From the NCBI RefSeq assembly GCF_004010195.1, contig NC_057719.1, positions 18,257,438 to 18,321,437 on the forward strand: 64,000 nt of DNA. The letters run 5' to 3'. The stretch comes from Chiloscyllium plagiosum (lineage: Eukaryota). The position numbers were made by a program, and so were the translations under genes. Positions 62,801 to 64,000 of the stretch are shown piece after piece. Below the pieces are notes generated by a model. The model was not told where the DNA came from. It worked only from the letters and a program-made list of their open reading frames with translations, and did not search any database. Every line of letters begins with the position of its first letter. Position 1 is the first letter of the stretch.

Positions 62801-64000
62801 TAGGATGATCGTAGGCTGGAATACCTTCTGAAGCTTAAGACCATCACCTGACACTGTGTGCTATATACAATGGAATAAATATTTCAAATGCTTTTCTGCT
62901 TATTTTTTAAAACAACAAAAGAGACAAAAATTGTCCAGTCAATAATCAAAGTGAAAAAATGGTGTGAGTACAAATCAAAAGTAATGACCCAGAGAAAGCA
63001 CGCATTTAAACTTCATAGTGAGAGAAATAGAGAAAGGGGGAGAGAGGGAAATAGAGTGGAAGAAAATAAGAGATGAAAGTGTTGTATTTATGTCAAGACT
63101 TTCACAACCTCAGGACGTTTTAAACATCCAATTAATTACTTTTCAAATGCTCTCAATGAGTTTTGAAGGCAGTTGATACAAAGAGGAGACACAGAAAAGA
63201 AATTTTTGAAAATTTGACGAGAGAAAAGGACATAATGGAAGGAGAGGAACAAAGAGAAATAGTGAGCTAAAGGAATAAAATACTGACTGTTATTGCCTTG
63301 ACTCTTACTGCATATTCAACAGAACACCTGCTAGGCTTAAAATATTATCGCTAACCATCGCTACCACAATGACAGCGGTTTAATCTTTCGTGCTTGATTT
63401 TCTCAGATGGACTGTCCAACCTTGACAATTCAACCTTGAATTTTTTCAAGGAGGAACCCAATCAGGTTTGAGTGTGCTTGGGGAAAGTCTCTCTGAACTC
63501 CTTTCAGCTGCACCGATTAGTTTTGTGGTATTCAAAACAGCTTTTCAGTTCTGATTCAGACTTCAGAGCCAGTTGCACTTTGCTGGATCCCACTGACATC
63601 CTCCCTGCTGCACAGGGTAACCAGACAGGTAGACAAACGCAGTCTTCTACATACAAAACCATAAAGTTTGAAACAAACGAGAAATTTAGGAGTCTAATCG
63701 CTCTGACAGGCAACTGACTGAGTTGTACTAATGTTTTACAAGCTGATATAATATCCATTCATGGTGACATTTAACATACATTCTCAAATCTTGGAGAGTA
63801 GGAAGAAACTCAGCTGATTTTTTTTTCACAAGAAATATCCAGAAACATGTAAGCACGACCCTCTTAGGTGAAGCAGAAGGTGTAACATTGAATTGCGAAC
63901 TGATACTTGATCAGTACTAAATGGTTTTGAAGTGGGTGTTGGAAGGCTGCATTTTTACATTAAGCTTTGAAATTGGGAACATCCTTTCATTTTAGCCACC

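Overview
This is eukaryotic, AT-rich, repeat-dense vertebrate DNA. HE1-type V-SINEs and HER1/CR1-type LINEs point to an elasmobranch, probably a shark. I recognise no host protein-coding gene, so the window looks intergenic or deep intronic. It has two assembly gaps (14158-14296, 57622-58502). Mobile DNA includes many CR1 fragments (endonuclease, RT and ORF1 remnants), a Rex1/Babar LINE, tRNA-derived SINEs, a fossil PIF/Harbinger transposase, a hAT-like MITE and a probable solo LTR. The most notable signal is about 20 short elements in four sequence families (my labels A-D). Most carry an intact or decayed minimal type-I hammerhead ribozyme motif: CUGANGA, an extra nucleotide, stem II, GAAA, then a palindromic ACGU/AGCU with the cleavage base. 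The stems covary between families. Many copies are fold-back inverted repeats flanked by 7-17 bp target-site duplications (TSDs). One copy is attached to a decayed Penelope-like ORF C-terminus. I read these as non-autonomous Penelope-like (PLE) pLTR derivatives that carry ribozymes. Family assignments come from motif recognition, not database searches, and boundaries of old repeats are approximate.
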